25,211 bases of DNA from positions 1 to 25,211 of IMG/VR virus record IMGVR_UViG_3300017903_003623; one strand, 5' to 3'. The DNA comes from a virus (Duplodnaviria; Caudoviricetes). The position numbers were made by a program, and so were the translations under genes. Shown one piece after another: positions 1-11,300 of this stretch (the first letter of the stretch is position 1; the number at the start of each line of letters is the position of its first letter). The notes below the pieces were generated by a model. The model was not told where the DNA came from. It saw only the letters and a program-made list of their open reading frames with translations, and made no database searches.

Positions 1-65
1 ATGATCTTGATGGATTAGGTGGTGAGGAAGATTATTTCTGGAAAACTTCTAAAGAAAGGAAATAA
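1..65 (+). CDS. 3' end of a hypothetical protein (partial, runs off the left edge)
   Basis: Frame starting at nt 3 reads DLDGLGGEEDYFWKTSKERK* with stop TAA at 63-65. It resembles the C-terminus (..LG..E.YFW..) of the conserved hypothetical gene I recall upstream of gp25 in cyanomyoviruses. It is not in the ORF track because it is truncated. Confidence 0.65.
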   Translation, partial: DLDGLGGEEDYFWKTSKERK

Positions 66-68
66 ATA
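61..68 (+). promoter_or_regulatory. T4-type (gp55 sigma) late promoter, AATAAATA
   Basis: Matches the NATAAATA late consensus, overlaps the upstream stop codon and ends 24 nt before the gp25 ATG. Confidence 0.7.
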
Positions 69-92
69 AAACTAGTAAATCTCTGGTTATGA

Positions 93-485
93 ATGCCGGT
101 CACTTATCAGTCAAAAGAATTTAAGGATATTAGTTTGAGCTTTAAAGTTCATCCTGTAACAAAGGATATTTTAGTCCTTAAAAATTCTGACGCTATAAAG
201 AGATCACTAATGAATTTAGTTAAAACTAATATTGGTGATCGATTTTATGAAAAGAATATTGGAACTAAAGCAAACTCACTCTTATTCGAAAACTTTGATG
301 ATCTCAATAAGTTCTCATTTAAAAGAGAACTAGCAAACGTGATAAGAAATTATGAACCAAGAGTTTTGGTTGAAAGTACTTCTTTAGATGCTAATGTAGG
401 CAGTAACTCTTTACAGATTGGAATCAGGTATAAAATTATTGGTCAAAATGATATTGAAGATATTCAAATTTTAGTAGGTAATTAA
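93..485 (+). CDS. gp25: Baseplate wedge subunit gp25 (GPW/gp25 family)
   Basis: 130 aa. Motifs FKDISLSF..HPVT.D, AIKRSL.NLV.T..G(D/E)RF....IG, LLFE and I.NYEPRV are typical of gp25. It lies directly upstream of gp6 as in cyanomyoviruses. Confidence 0.93.
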   Translation: MPVTYQSKEFKDISLSFKVHPVTKDILVLKNSDAIKRSLMNLVKTNIGDRFYEKNIGTKANSLLFENFDDLNKFSFKRELANVIRNYEPRVLVESTSLDANVGSNSLQIGIRYKIIGQNDIEDIQILVGN

Positions 486-486
486 T

Positions 487-2373
487 ATGCCAGCAACTCA
501 ATATTTAAATTTAGATTTTGATTCAATTAAATTATCTATAAAAGATTATCTCAGGGCAAATTCAAACTTCACGGATTATGATTTTGAAGGATCTAATCTT
601 TCAATATTAATTGATATATTAGCATATAATACATATTTAAATTCTTATAATACAAACATGGTAGCAAATGAATCCTTCATGGGTTCAGCTACTATTCGTG
701 ATAATGTAATTGCACATGCTGATAATATTGGATATTTACCAAGATCTTCAAGATCATCAAAATCAAATATATCTTTTACTGTTACATTTCCAAATGAAAA
801 TTCAGCATCAACATTAACGTTAAAGAAAGGTTCAGTAGCAGTTTCTAACATAGAAAATTCTAATTTCAATTTTTCTGTAATAGAAGATATAACAGTTCCT
901 ATTAAAAATTTGAAAGCAAATTTTGCCGAAATCGATATTTACGAAGGTGTTTGCATTGATCGAAAATTTACTGTAGATAGTTCAAGAAAAGATCAAAAAT
1001 TTATTTTAGATAATCAAAAAATTGACACAACAACCATTAGAGTTAGAGTAAAAAAAAGTGCTTCTGAATCAATTTATACAACATATAATCCAGTAGAAAA
1101 CATTATCGGTTCAGATTCTACAAGTAATATTTTCTTAATAAAGGAATATAGGGATGAGACTTATCAACTTATATTTGGAGATGGTATAATTGGCAAAAAA
1201 CTTGAGAATGGTAATATAGTAGAAGTATCTTATATTGTTTGTAATGAAGATATTCCAAATGGAGAGCAAAATTTTTCATTTATTGGATCACTTATTTTAG
1301 ATACTCAAGATAGAGTTTCTAGTACTGGTATTATACCGGTTGTAAATCAACCTTGTATTGGAGGATCTAAACTTGAAAGTATAGATTCCATTAAAAAATA
1401 TTCAAGTCGATATCTTGCTACACAGAATAGAGCCGTTACTAGTAGTGATTATGAATCACTAATACCTGTAATATTTCCAAAAGTAGAATCTGCAGTTGCT
1501 TATGGTGGAGAAACTTTAAATCCTCCCCAATATGGTAAAGTTTTTATTTCAGTAAAACCTGATAATTCTTCTGTACTATCATTATTTGATAAAAATTTCT
1601 TAAGACAAGAACTTAAAAAATATTCCCCAATTGGATTAGATATTGTAATAGATGACTTGGAATTTCTTCTTATTGAATTAAATATTAATGCATATTATTC
1701 TCCAAATTTAACTAGCAATCCTGATTTAGTGAGATCAAAAATATTTACAACTTTAGGAGAGTATGAGAGAACTAATGATGTAACTAGATTTGGAGGTAGA
1801 TTTAAATATTCTCAATTATCAGCACTAGTAGATAATGTTGATAACTCAATTACATCTAATATAACTAATGTTGTTATGATGAGAAGATTATTTCCTAAAT
1901 TTAATGCTTATGTTAGTTATGAACTATGTTTTGGTAATACCATATTTGCACCACTTGGAACACTATATAATGTAAAATCAACTGGTTTTAAAATTGATAA
2001 ATATCGTGAAGTTGTTTATTTAACTGATGAAGCAACATCTGCAAGTAATGGAAACTTATGGATATTCAGAATGAATGGTGATACTCCAGATTTTCTTGAA
2101 ACGGTTGGAACAGTTGATTATAGGGAAGGTGAATTGTTTATAGATAGTTTAAACATTATATCCACATCATTATCTAATGATACTGTTGAAATAGAATGTT
2201 TACCGGCATCTTATGATATTTTAGGAAAAAGAAATTTATTTCTAGATATTTCAATAGATGGTTCCAGTGTAAATATGATTAAAGATGATATTTCATCTGG
2301 ATCCGATATTTCGGGAATTAATTTTCCAGTTACACCACAATACAATAAACAAGGATTTTTTAGAGTAAGCTAG
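487..2373 (+). CDS. gp6: Baseplate wedge subunit gp6
   Basis: 628 aa. N-terminal LDFD.IK..IK.YL......FTDYDFEGSNLS.LID.LAYNTY, plus FGDGIIGKKL, QNRAVT..DY, AYGGE.L.PPQYGKVFI and FGGRFKYS, are hallmark T4 gp6 family motifs. Confidence 0.96.
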   Translation: MPATQYLNLDFDSIKLSIKDYLRANSNFTDYDFEGSNLSILIDILAYNTYLNSYNTNMVANESFMGSATIRDNVIAHADNIGYLPRSSRSSKSNISFTVTFPNENSASTLTLKKGSVAVSNIENSNFNFSVIEDITVPIKNLKANFAEIDIYEGVCIDRKFTVDSSRKDQKFILDNQKIDTTTIRVRVKKSASESIYTTYNPVENIIGSDSTSNIFLIKEYRDETYQLIFGDGIIGKKLENGNIVEVSYIVCNEDIPNGEQNFSFIGSLILDTQDRVSSTGIIPVVNQPCIGGSKLESIDSIKKYSSRYLATQNRAVTSSDYESLIPVIFPKVESAVAYGGETLNPPQYGKVFISVKPDNSSVLSLFDKNFLRQELKKYSPIGLDIVIDDLEFLLIELNINAYYSPNLTSNPDLVRSKIFTTLGEYERTNDVTRFGGRFKYSQLSALVDNVDNSITSNITNVVMMRRLFPKFNAYVSYELCFGNTIFAPLGTLYNVKSTGFKIDKYREVVYLTDEATSASNGNLWIFRMNGDTPDFLETVGTVDYREGELFIDSLNIISTSLSNDTVEIECLPASYDILGKRNLFLDISIDGSSVNMIKDDISSGSDISGINFPVTPQYNKQGFFRVS

Positions 2374-2374
2374 A

Positions 2375-5300
2375 ATGTATATTAACTTAGAAGATCAAAA
2401 AATTAGAGTCGAAGATATTATCTCTAATTTACTTCCAGAGTTTATTTTGGAGGAAAGTCCTTTATTTGTAGAGTTTTTAAAATCTTATTTTATATCAAGA
2501 GAAGCATTTGGATCTGATATTGATATTATCCGAAATTTATTAGAATATCAAAGAATACAAAAGTTATTTCTTTTAGTAGAAGATACAACATTAAGTGATG
2601 ATATCGATTTCTTTGATACTACTATTACTGTTGCATCAACTGAAGGTTGGCCGCAAAAATATGGACTACTTAAGATTAATGATGAAATTATTGGATATGA
2701 GTATAAAACTGAAACTCAATTTATAAACTGTTATAGAGGATTTAGTGGATCTACTCAACTAGGAAAATACAATTCTAATGACAATTATATCTTTAAAAGT
2801 ACCGAAGCATCTGATCATACTTCAGGGTCTAAAGTAGAAAATATTGGCATTTTATTTTTAAAAGAGTTTTTATTCTATCTCAAATCTAAGTATATGCCTG
2901 GATTTGAAAATATCGATTTTTATGATGGTATTGATTCAAATTTAATATTACCTAGAATAAAAGATTTTTACTCCTCAAAGGGTACTTTTAACTCTTTTAA
3001 AATTCTTTTTAAACTTTTATATGGAGAAGATTCCAATATTACTTTACCGTCAGAAAGTACATTAGCACCTTCAGCATCACAGTATATCAACACTTCAGAT
3101 TTAATAGTAGAATTAAAATCTGGAGATATTAATAAGATTAAGGGATCACAGTTACTTCAAGATGAAAATGTATCTGAAGGAATTAATGTTGCATCTGGTT
3201 CCGTTTATGATTTTAATTTAATAAAATCTGAAGATTTACCCACAAGATCCTATACTGGAATAGCAACTCAAATTAATAATTTAATTAGAATAACATCTAA
3301 AAATCATGGATTATCTACAAGTGATCCAGTTTATGTTCAATTTCCATCGGATGGATCCACAAGCAGAGTTTTTCCTGAAGTCAGTGTTATAAACGATGAT
3401 CAGTTTTTATTATATTCAAATGAATCTTTGAATAAAGAAAATCAATCAGTTAATATTGAGACAATTAATACTATAAGAAAAGATTTTTATAAATTAAAAG
3501 TAAACTCGGTTGAAGGAAATTTCGTTCTATCTGGAAAAACTAACTTAATATCTGATGTAAAAGTTGGAGATACTGAAATATTTGTTGACAGTACTATTGG
3601 ATTTTTAGATTCTGGAATAATCGAAATCGAAGGTGATATAATCTCTTACACATCAAAATCAGTATCTGTATTTAAAGGATGTTCTTCAGTTGACATTTTT
3701 CATGCAACAGGATCCGATGTAACATCAAATAGAGAAATATATTCCTTTGAAGATGGTGACTCATCTAAAAGAATCTCTATGAGATTAGTTGATACATCAA
3801 CAAATATATTATCAAATAAGAAGTCTATTTTTAAAAATGATACAAAATTAAGAGTAAAAGATTTTGGTTATTCAAAACCTGATAGAAATATCAATAATTT
3901 TATTTTAAATAAAATTATTGATGTAGAAGTAAGCTCTATAAACGTAGCTGCGGGAACAATTACTTTTGCATCTAATCATAATTTCTTAGAGGGTGATATT
4001 GTAGATATAAAATATCTTAATGCTTTTAATAAGTATGGCATAAGGGATAGAATAGTACCCGGATTGGATTCCGTCACTATACGTATTATAAACGCGTTTA
4101 CTATACAAATTGTTTCTGCATCAATTCCATCCAGTATTTCTAATGAAGAACTTGTAGTATCTAAACTCAATAATACTGGAAAAAGTTTAAGTAATAAATT
4201 TAATGAACTTAAGAATCAATCTGCAAATGTTCAAAGAATTTTTATTGACGATGAATTAAATAATTATTACATTGCCGCATCATCGATTCCATCCACAAAT
4301 TTTGATTTAAATTCAGATAATAATTCCCAGTTAAAAACATTTACTGGAAATTCTATATCAAATACTGGACAAATAGGATTTGGAACAGATTCTATTAGAT
4401 TCAATAATCAAAATCATACATTTAGGAGTGGAGAAAAAATTAGATTTTTGATGAGTGGGTCAGAATCAGAAAATATTAATCAATCATTATTTGTTAAAAG
4501 AATTAATGATAATGTAATTAAGTTTTCTGTATCTCCATCTTCTTCAGAGAATAATGATTTTGTAAGTTTATCTGATTATATCAGTCAAGTTGGTCCTGGG
4601 GATATTACAGTTTCTTTAATAAGAGATGAGTTTTTTAATAAACAAATACTTGATCAAGAAAATTTAAGAAAAATAAAAACTAATCTAACTGAAGGAATTG
4701 AATATGATTTTTATAAAAAACCTCTAATTCCTTTTGGAATTCTCTCAGATGGAGTCGATTTATATCCACCCTTCACTGAAGATGAGATTAATTTCGGAAG
4801 AGTAGAAGAAGTATCTGTTATTGATGGTGGAAATAATTTTGATGTTATTAATCCTCCTGTTGGAATATTTACTAATACTTCTGTTGGAGTTGGTGCTAGT
4901 GTTAACTTATATGTAGAGGGTGAAATAAAAGAAATTTTAGTTTCTAATCGAGGAAAATCTGTAAAAGATACAATTAAAATTAAAATATCTGGAGGAAATA
5001 ATCAGGATGTTAAAGTTGTTCCCGTTCTTATAGATGATTTTAACTTTCAAATTTTTTCATCCAGTGAGGGTCCAGTTAATTTAGTTAACGATACTATTAC
5101 TTTTACATCTAATCATAACTTTACTACGGGGGATGAAGTAAGATACAATGTAATTGGAGCAGGATCATCTATTGGATTGGAAAGTGGTGGAAAATTAGTT
5201 AATAACTCTAATTATTTTATTATAAGAGTAGATGATACTACCATAAAATTAGCAAATACCAAAAAAGATTCTTTTGGTAACAATGCCATAGGATTAGGTG

Positions 5301-8300
5301 TTACATTTGGATCTGGAGACGGTCAAATTACTTCAGTAGTTCCTAACAAACTATTAGAAAGAATTGATATTGAGAATCCAGGAAAATTCATATATAAAAG
5401 TTTGTCTTTTAGTGGATCCATTTCCGAATATCCAGCTGGAAATAATTATAATTATACCTTAAAAGGTATTAATATTAATTATGATTATATTTTTTATAGA
5501 CATCATGGATTTGAGGATGGAGAGATCATTCAATATCAATCTACATCAACTGTTATTGGTGGACTAGTAGATAACAACTATTATTATATTTTGAAGATTG
5601 ATGATGATAAATTTAGATTAGCTTTTGCAGGATCTGATTTAGATTCACTTAAAAAAGATAATTATAATAGAAATGAACATGTAAATTTGTTAAGTATTCC
5701 AATAACGAGTGCTAATTTTAGGCATACTTTTAGAACTCCTGAAATAACTGTTGATGTTATTGATGATTATTCAATCATCAAACCTACGGTTGTTCCAATT
5801 ATAAGGGGAAAAATATCACATGCATCATTAGATTCCAATGGATCGGGATATGGATCACAAACTTTAAATTTAACAAAAATACCATCTATAGAAATAGAAA
5901 AAGGATCCGGTGGTAGAATTGAATTAATTATTAGTAATGGAAAAATAGTATCAACTTATATCATAAATTCTGGATCTGGATACTCAAGTTTACCAGATTT
6001 AATAGTAAATCCTGGAAATAGTAAAGGTTCAGGAGCTAAATTATTACCAATAATTTCAAACGGTAAATTAACTGATGTTAAAATTATTAATGGTGGGTTT
6101 AATTATAATAACACTGCTACAGTTAGCATAAAAAATGTTGGATCGGATGAAGATTTTAGTGTAGAATTGCAAAAGTGGAGAGTAAATTCAATATATAAAA
6201 ATTTATCTTCAGATGGAGAGTTTCAAAATATTTTGAATGATTATTATTTGAGACCTGGAAAATCAGAAAGTTCACAAATTGTATGTTCGTATCCAAGTAA
6301 AGACTTACGTTTTAAACTTGGAGATTCTATAAATCAGAGAGATACTGATTTATTAGCATCTAATATTTCCCATCCACATTCTAAAATTTTAGGGTGGGCT
6401 TTTGATGGTAATCCCATCTATGGACAATTTGGATTTTCCGATCCAAACTCATTCAGTCCAACAAAAAGAATTAAATCTGGATATAGAAGATTAGATGATG
6501 CTAGTATTAAAAGTAGAAGAGAGAATTCAAATATAAGACCTAGTTTTGATAACTATCCAAATGGATATTTTATTGAAGATTTTTACTATGATAAATCTTT
6601 TGGTGATCTTGATGAGTATAATGGTAGATATTGCATAACACCGGATTTTCCTAATGGAACATATGCTTATTTTACTACTATAGATTCTGAAGGAAGACCA
6701 GCATTTCCATATGCAATTTATGGACTTAAAGATAAGTATGATGAATTTAATGTAGATTTTGTAAAATCTAGACAATCTTATATAAAAAATATTATTGATA
6801 GTTTAATTACATGTACATCTCCTCTTAATTTAAATTCGAATGGATTTTATTATCCATTTTTACCAGTAATTAATAAAAATCAAAATATATTATCGGTAGC
6901 GGATCAAAAAAAATCTATTGTTAGTAAAATCAATATAATAAATCCAGGAACTAACTATAAAATAGGGGATAAGATAGAAATTTTTAATGATGGAATTTTT
7001 GGAAAAAATTCTATCTCTGAAGTTTCTTCATTAAATGGTGTATCTATATCAACAATTAGAACAGAAAGGAATGAGGTTACGAATCTTTATTTTGAAATAA
7101 ATCCTTCAGATATTAGGGTTATTAATAATGAACCTCATAATTTTTCAAATAGAGATAATGTAAGAGTAGTGATTAGTGGAATTACTACTAATGATTTCTC
7201 GTTTTTAAATGGAAATTATTCAATTACAGTTAAAGAATCAGATACTACACTAGTGGGAGACATTCCCGATTCCGGTATTACTACTCATTTAAAATTAACT
7301 AGCACTGTTAAATCACTGAGAATTTCAGTTGATGATTTTATACAAATTGATGATGAAAAGATGAAAGTTTTGAGAATTGATAATGAATTAAATCAGGTAA
7401 AGGTTAAGAGATCTGTTGACGAAACTTCTATAGACTCACATAATAGTTTTACAAAAGTAAATATATTACCCTCATCATTTACATTCCAAACAGGTATTAC
7501 TACAACTTCTTACACTCAAAAATATAATAAAGTATATTTTAATTCTTCACAAGTTGGTGTAGGTACAATTGCTAACACGGAAATAGATTTTGTTGGCATT
7601 AAAACTCAAATTTCAATAAAACCAAAATCAATTTATATTCCTGATCATGGATTTAAAAATAATCAAAAAGTACAATATAATGTTACTGGTGTAGGGTTGA
7701 CAGTGTCTCCGACAGATGACATAGAAAATGACGGATATGTTTTAAGTAATGGAACAAATTTATATGTTATCAATTTAAGTAAGGATTTGGTGGGATTGAG
7801 TAGCACTCCTATAAAAGTTGGAGCTGCTTATACCAATCAAAACTCAGATATTGGATTGTATTTTGAATCTGAAGATGCTACTATTTACGATGATGATAAC
7901 CAATCACTGACTTTCAATCCTCTTCCTATAGGAGATGTTTTTGAATTAAAAACAACCGTAGAAACTGAAAGTGACCATAATTTATCTAAAAATGATCTTG
8001 TAAATATTTCTATTGCAGCAAGTTTTACAGATGAGTATCAATTATTATATGATAGAGATTATGGATATTTAAAATTTCCTGCAAGAAGATTCAATTCAGG
8101 CATTTCGTCTGCAAAGAATACTATATCACTTTCAAATCATGGATTTAGGGATGGAGATAGAGTTTTATATTCATCAGAATCTGATGCACACTTAGGTCCT
8201 GATTTTTATAACGATCAAATTTTGTATATCAAAACTTTTTCTGAGGATATTATCTCTTTTTCAAAAACAAAAGATGATGTTAGTTCAAACAATATTCTTA

Positions 8301-11300
8301 ACATTACTGAATCTAATAATAATATTCAATTTTATAATATTGAACATATAAATCCTAAAATAATAGCAATAAAAGGATCAAAAATAAAAATAACTGAAAC
8401 TTCTTCAATCGGTATTGATTTGAATTTTTATTCTGGAAATCCCGTACCAATAAATTACTTAGATACATCACAATTTATCTTTGATGATGACTCGATAACT
8501 ATAGACACAAATAAAATACCTTCAGAAATATTCATATTTGGTATAATTAATGGTAATCCTATTACAGATGGAAGTGGAGAGGATACGTCTATAAAAGTTA
8601 TTGATAGTGTTTATGAAAATTTTTACCCTGTAACTGGTATATCCAGTACTAAGAAATTTAATATTGAATTATATGATGACCCTACAAATTTATTATACAA
8701 TGCATCTAATTCCAATCCAACATATACAACCACATCTAAGACTGCAAAGGGTTCGATTGATAAAGTTAGAATAATTAATTCTGGATCATCTTTTGATTAT
8801 CCTTTAGGAATTGCCAGCATAACTTCTTCAACTGGATCTGATGCATATTTTGGATATGAACTGGAAAAAAGTATTAATGGTGATGATGATCTTATTACCA
8901 TTAATACGATTTATAATTTTTCTTCAGATCAAACATATAGGTTTAATGTAGATTCTCCATCTATAGTTTCTGTTAGATTTAATAATAAATTGATTGGAGT
9001 TGCAGTTACTGATTCTGGAAAAAATTATATTTTACCACCAAAAGTTCAAATATTAGATAATCCCGAAATTTTTCTATTATCTGAATTAAACGGAAATAGT
9101 GTTAATTCAGTAGAAGTAATAACAAAAGATAATGGAGTTTTAACTGATGATTTAGTCATATTTGCGGATTTCCATACTAACGGAATCGAAGTACTCAATG
9201 TAACGGTGGAAGTAGATAATCAAACTGTAAATTTATTTTTAAAGGAACCTAACAATGGATTTACAGAATTTCCATTTGAAGTGGGTGATAAAATCTATGT
9301 CGAGGGTATAAAAAATACTGATATTGATGCAAGTGGATTCAATTCAAAAGATTACAATTTTTCCCCATTTACAATTCTTTCGACTAATCCTATTCAGGGA
9401 GCTTCAAGAGTTACATATAAAATCAGTGAAGCTGGAGGAACTAGTGCCACTGCTGGAACATTTGATAGTTTGCCATCTTTTGGTAGAGTAATCAAATTAG
9501 ATGATTTAGTTAAATTTGATGCAATATTAGATACTTCCAATTATACTCCAGGTGAAAATGTATTTACTGTAAATGGTTATAATGCTGTAATAGATGATAA
9601 TGGATGGAACCCAAAAAATAAAACTCTTTCTCTTAGAAACCAAACTGGAACATTACGTATAGATGATATATTAATTGGATCTTCTAGTGGAGCTAAATCC
9701 ATAGTTGGTCAGATTGTAAATCAGGATTCACATTTACTCAGAGGTTCTTCAACCCAATCTATTTTAGAATTAGACTCCAGTTTTAGTGAATTAAACTTGG
9801 ATACACAAGTTATATCTGATAATTTTTATTATCAACCATTTTCTTATGATATTGCTTCTGGTGTTTCATTGGATAAATGGGAATCTACTATAGAAAGTTT
9901 GAATCATATATCCGGATTTGAAAAATTTGCATCTTTTGTAGTACTTAACGAAGTTGAGACCCAAATAAATTCTAATGACAGTGATATTACTTCTTCAATA
10001 ATTATAGAAAATAAATCTATGAATCTTGAAGAAGTTTATGGTTTTGATTATGTTACTGAAAATACTAAAGATTTTGTAGATTTTTCCTTTTCCGATCAAA
10101 TAAATTTTGAAACTAAACAATTAACTGATTCTATCTCGGCAGTAACTAATAAAGCAATTTTCTTAGATGATATTTCAGATCAATTTACTGCTGTATATGA
10201 TGGTAGTAATGGTGGAAATATTGTTGGATTGAGTTCATTCAAATTAACTACAAGTGAAAGTGGTGCGGATAAAGTTTCAATATTTTTGAAAAATTTTGAT
10301 AGTTCTGATTCATCTGTTGTAGATATCGATACTGATACACTTAATATCCCTCACCATAACTTTACTAATGGAGAAATTGTTACATATTCTGCAGTAGGTG
10401 AAGATAGAATATCTATATTTGAAACAGATAGAGTTATTGGTGGCATTTCTACAACTAAATTACCTTCACAAGTAGCAATTTCTTTTGTTGACATTAACAA
10501 TATTAGACTTGCAGGAACTAGTGCAGACGCATTAAATGGTAATTTTTTCGATATTACTGCAGTTGGTACTGGTATACAAAAATTTGTATCTACAAATCAA
10601 AATACTAGATGTTTGATTACAATTGATGGCATAATTCAAACCCCATTATCATTTTCAGACGTAAATGTAGGACTTGCAGAGAGTGTTGGTATAGGAAGCA
10701 CCACTATTAAACTAGTTGGAATAACTTCAATTTTTACTAATTCGTTAATACAAATTGAAGAAGAGATTATTAGGGTAGATTCTGTTGGATTTGGTTCTAC
10801 AAACGTTATGTCTGTAGATCGAGGGTTTATGGGGTCTGTTGCTGTAGCACATACTGTAGGTGCTTCTATGACCGTTAGAGAGGGTCAATATATCATTAGA
10901 GATGATGTAATTCATTTTGCGTCTCCACCCCAGAGTGGACTTTCTTCATCATTCACTCCTGAGAATACTGGGATTAATTCTTCTTTCTATATGGGAATGA
11001 AGTTTCATGGAAGAATATTTAATAGAGCAAGTGCTGATGAAAATTATGTTTTTGATGATATATCTTATCAATTTGATGGTTCGGAGAATAAGTTTGAGTT
11101 AACCTCAAATAAACAATCTGTTGAAGATATATTTTCTGATAACGTTGGATTATTAACGGGAACTGATGTTAGTAGTGGCGTTATTTTAATAAACAATGTT
11201 TTTCAAGTTCCTGGAATTGATTACGATATAATACAAAATGTTGGAGTTGGTGCATCAGTTGTGTTTACTGGTACTAATGATGAAACAATACCTTCTGGAG

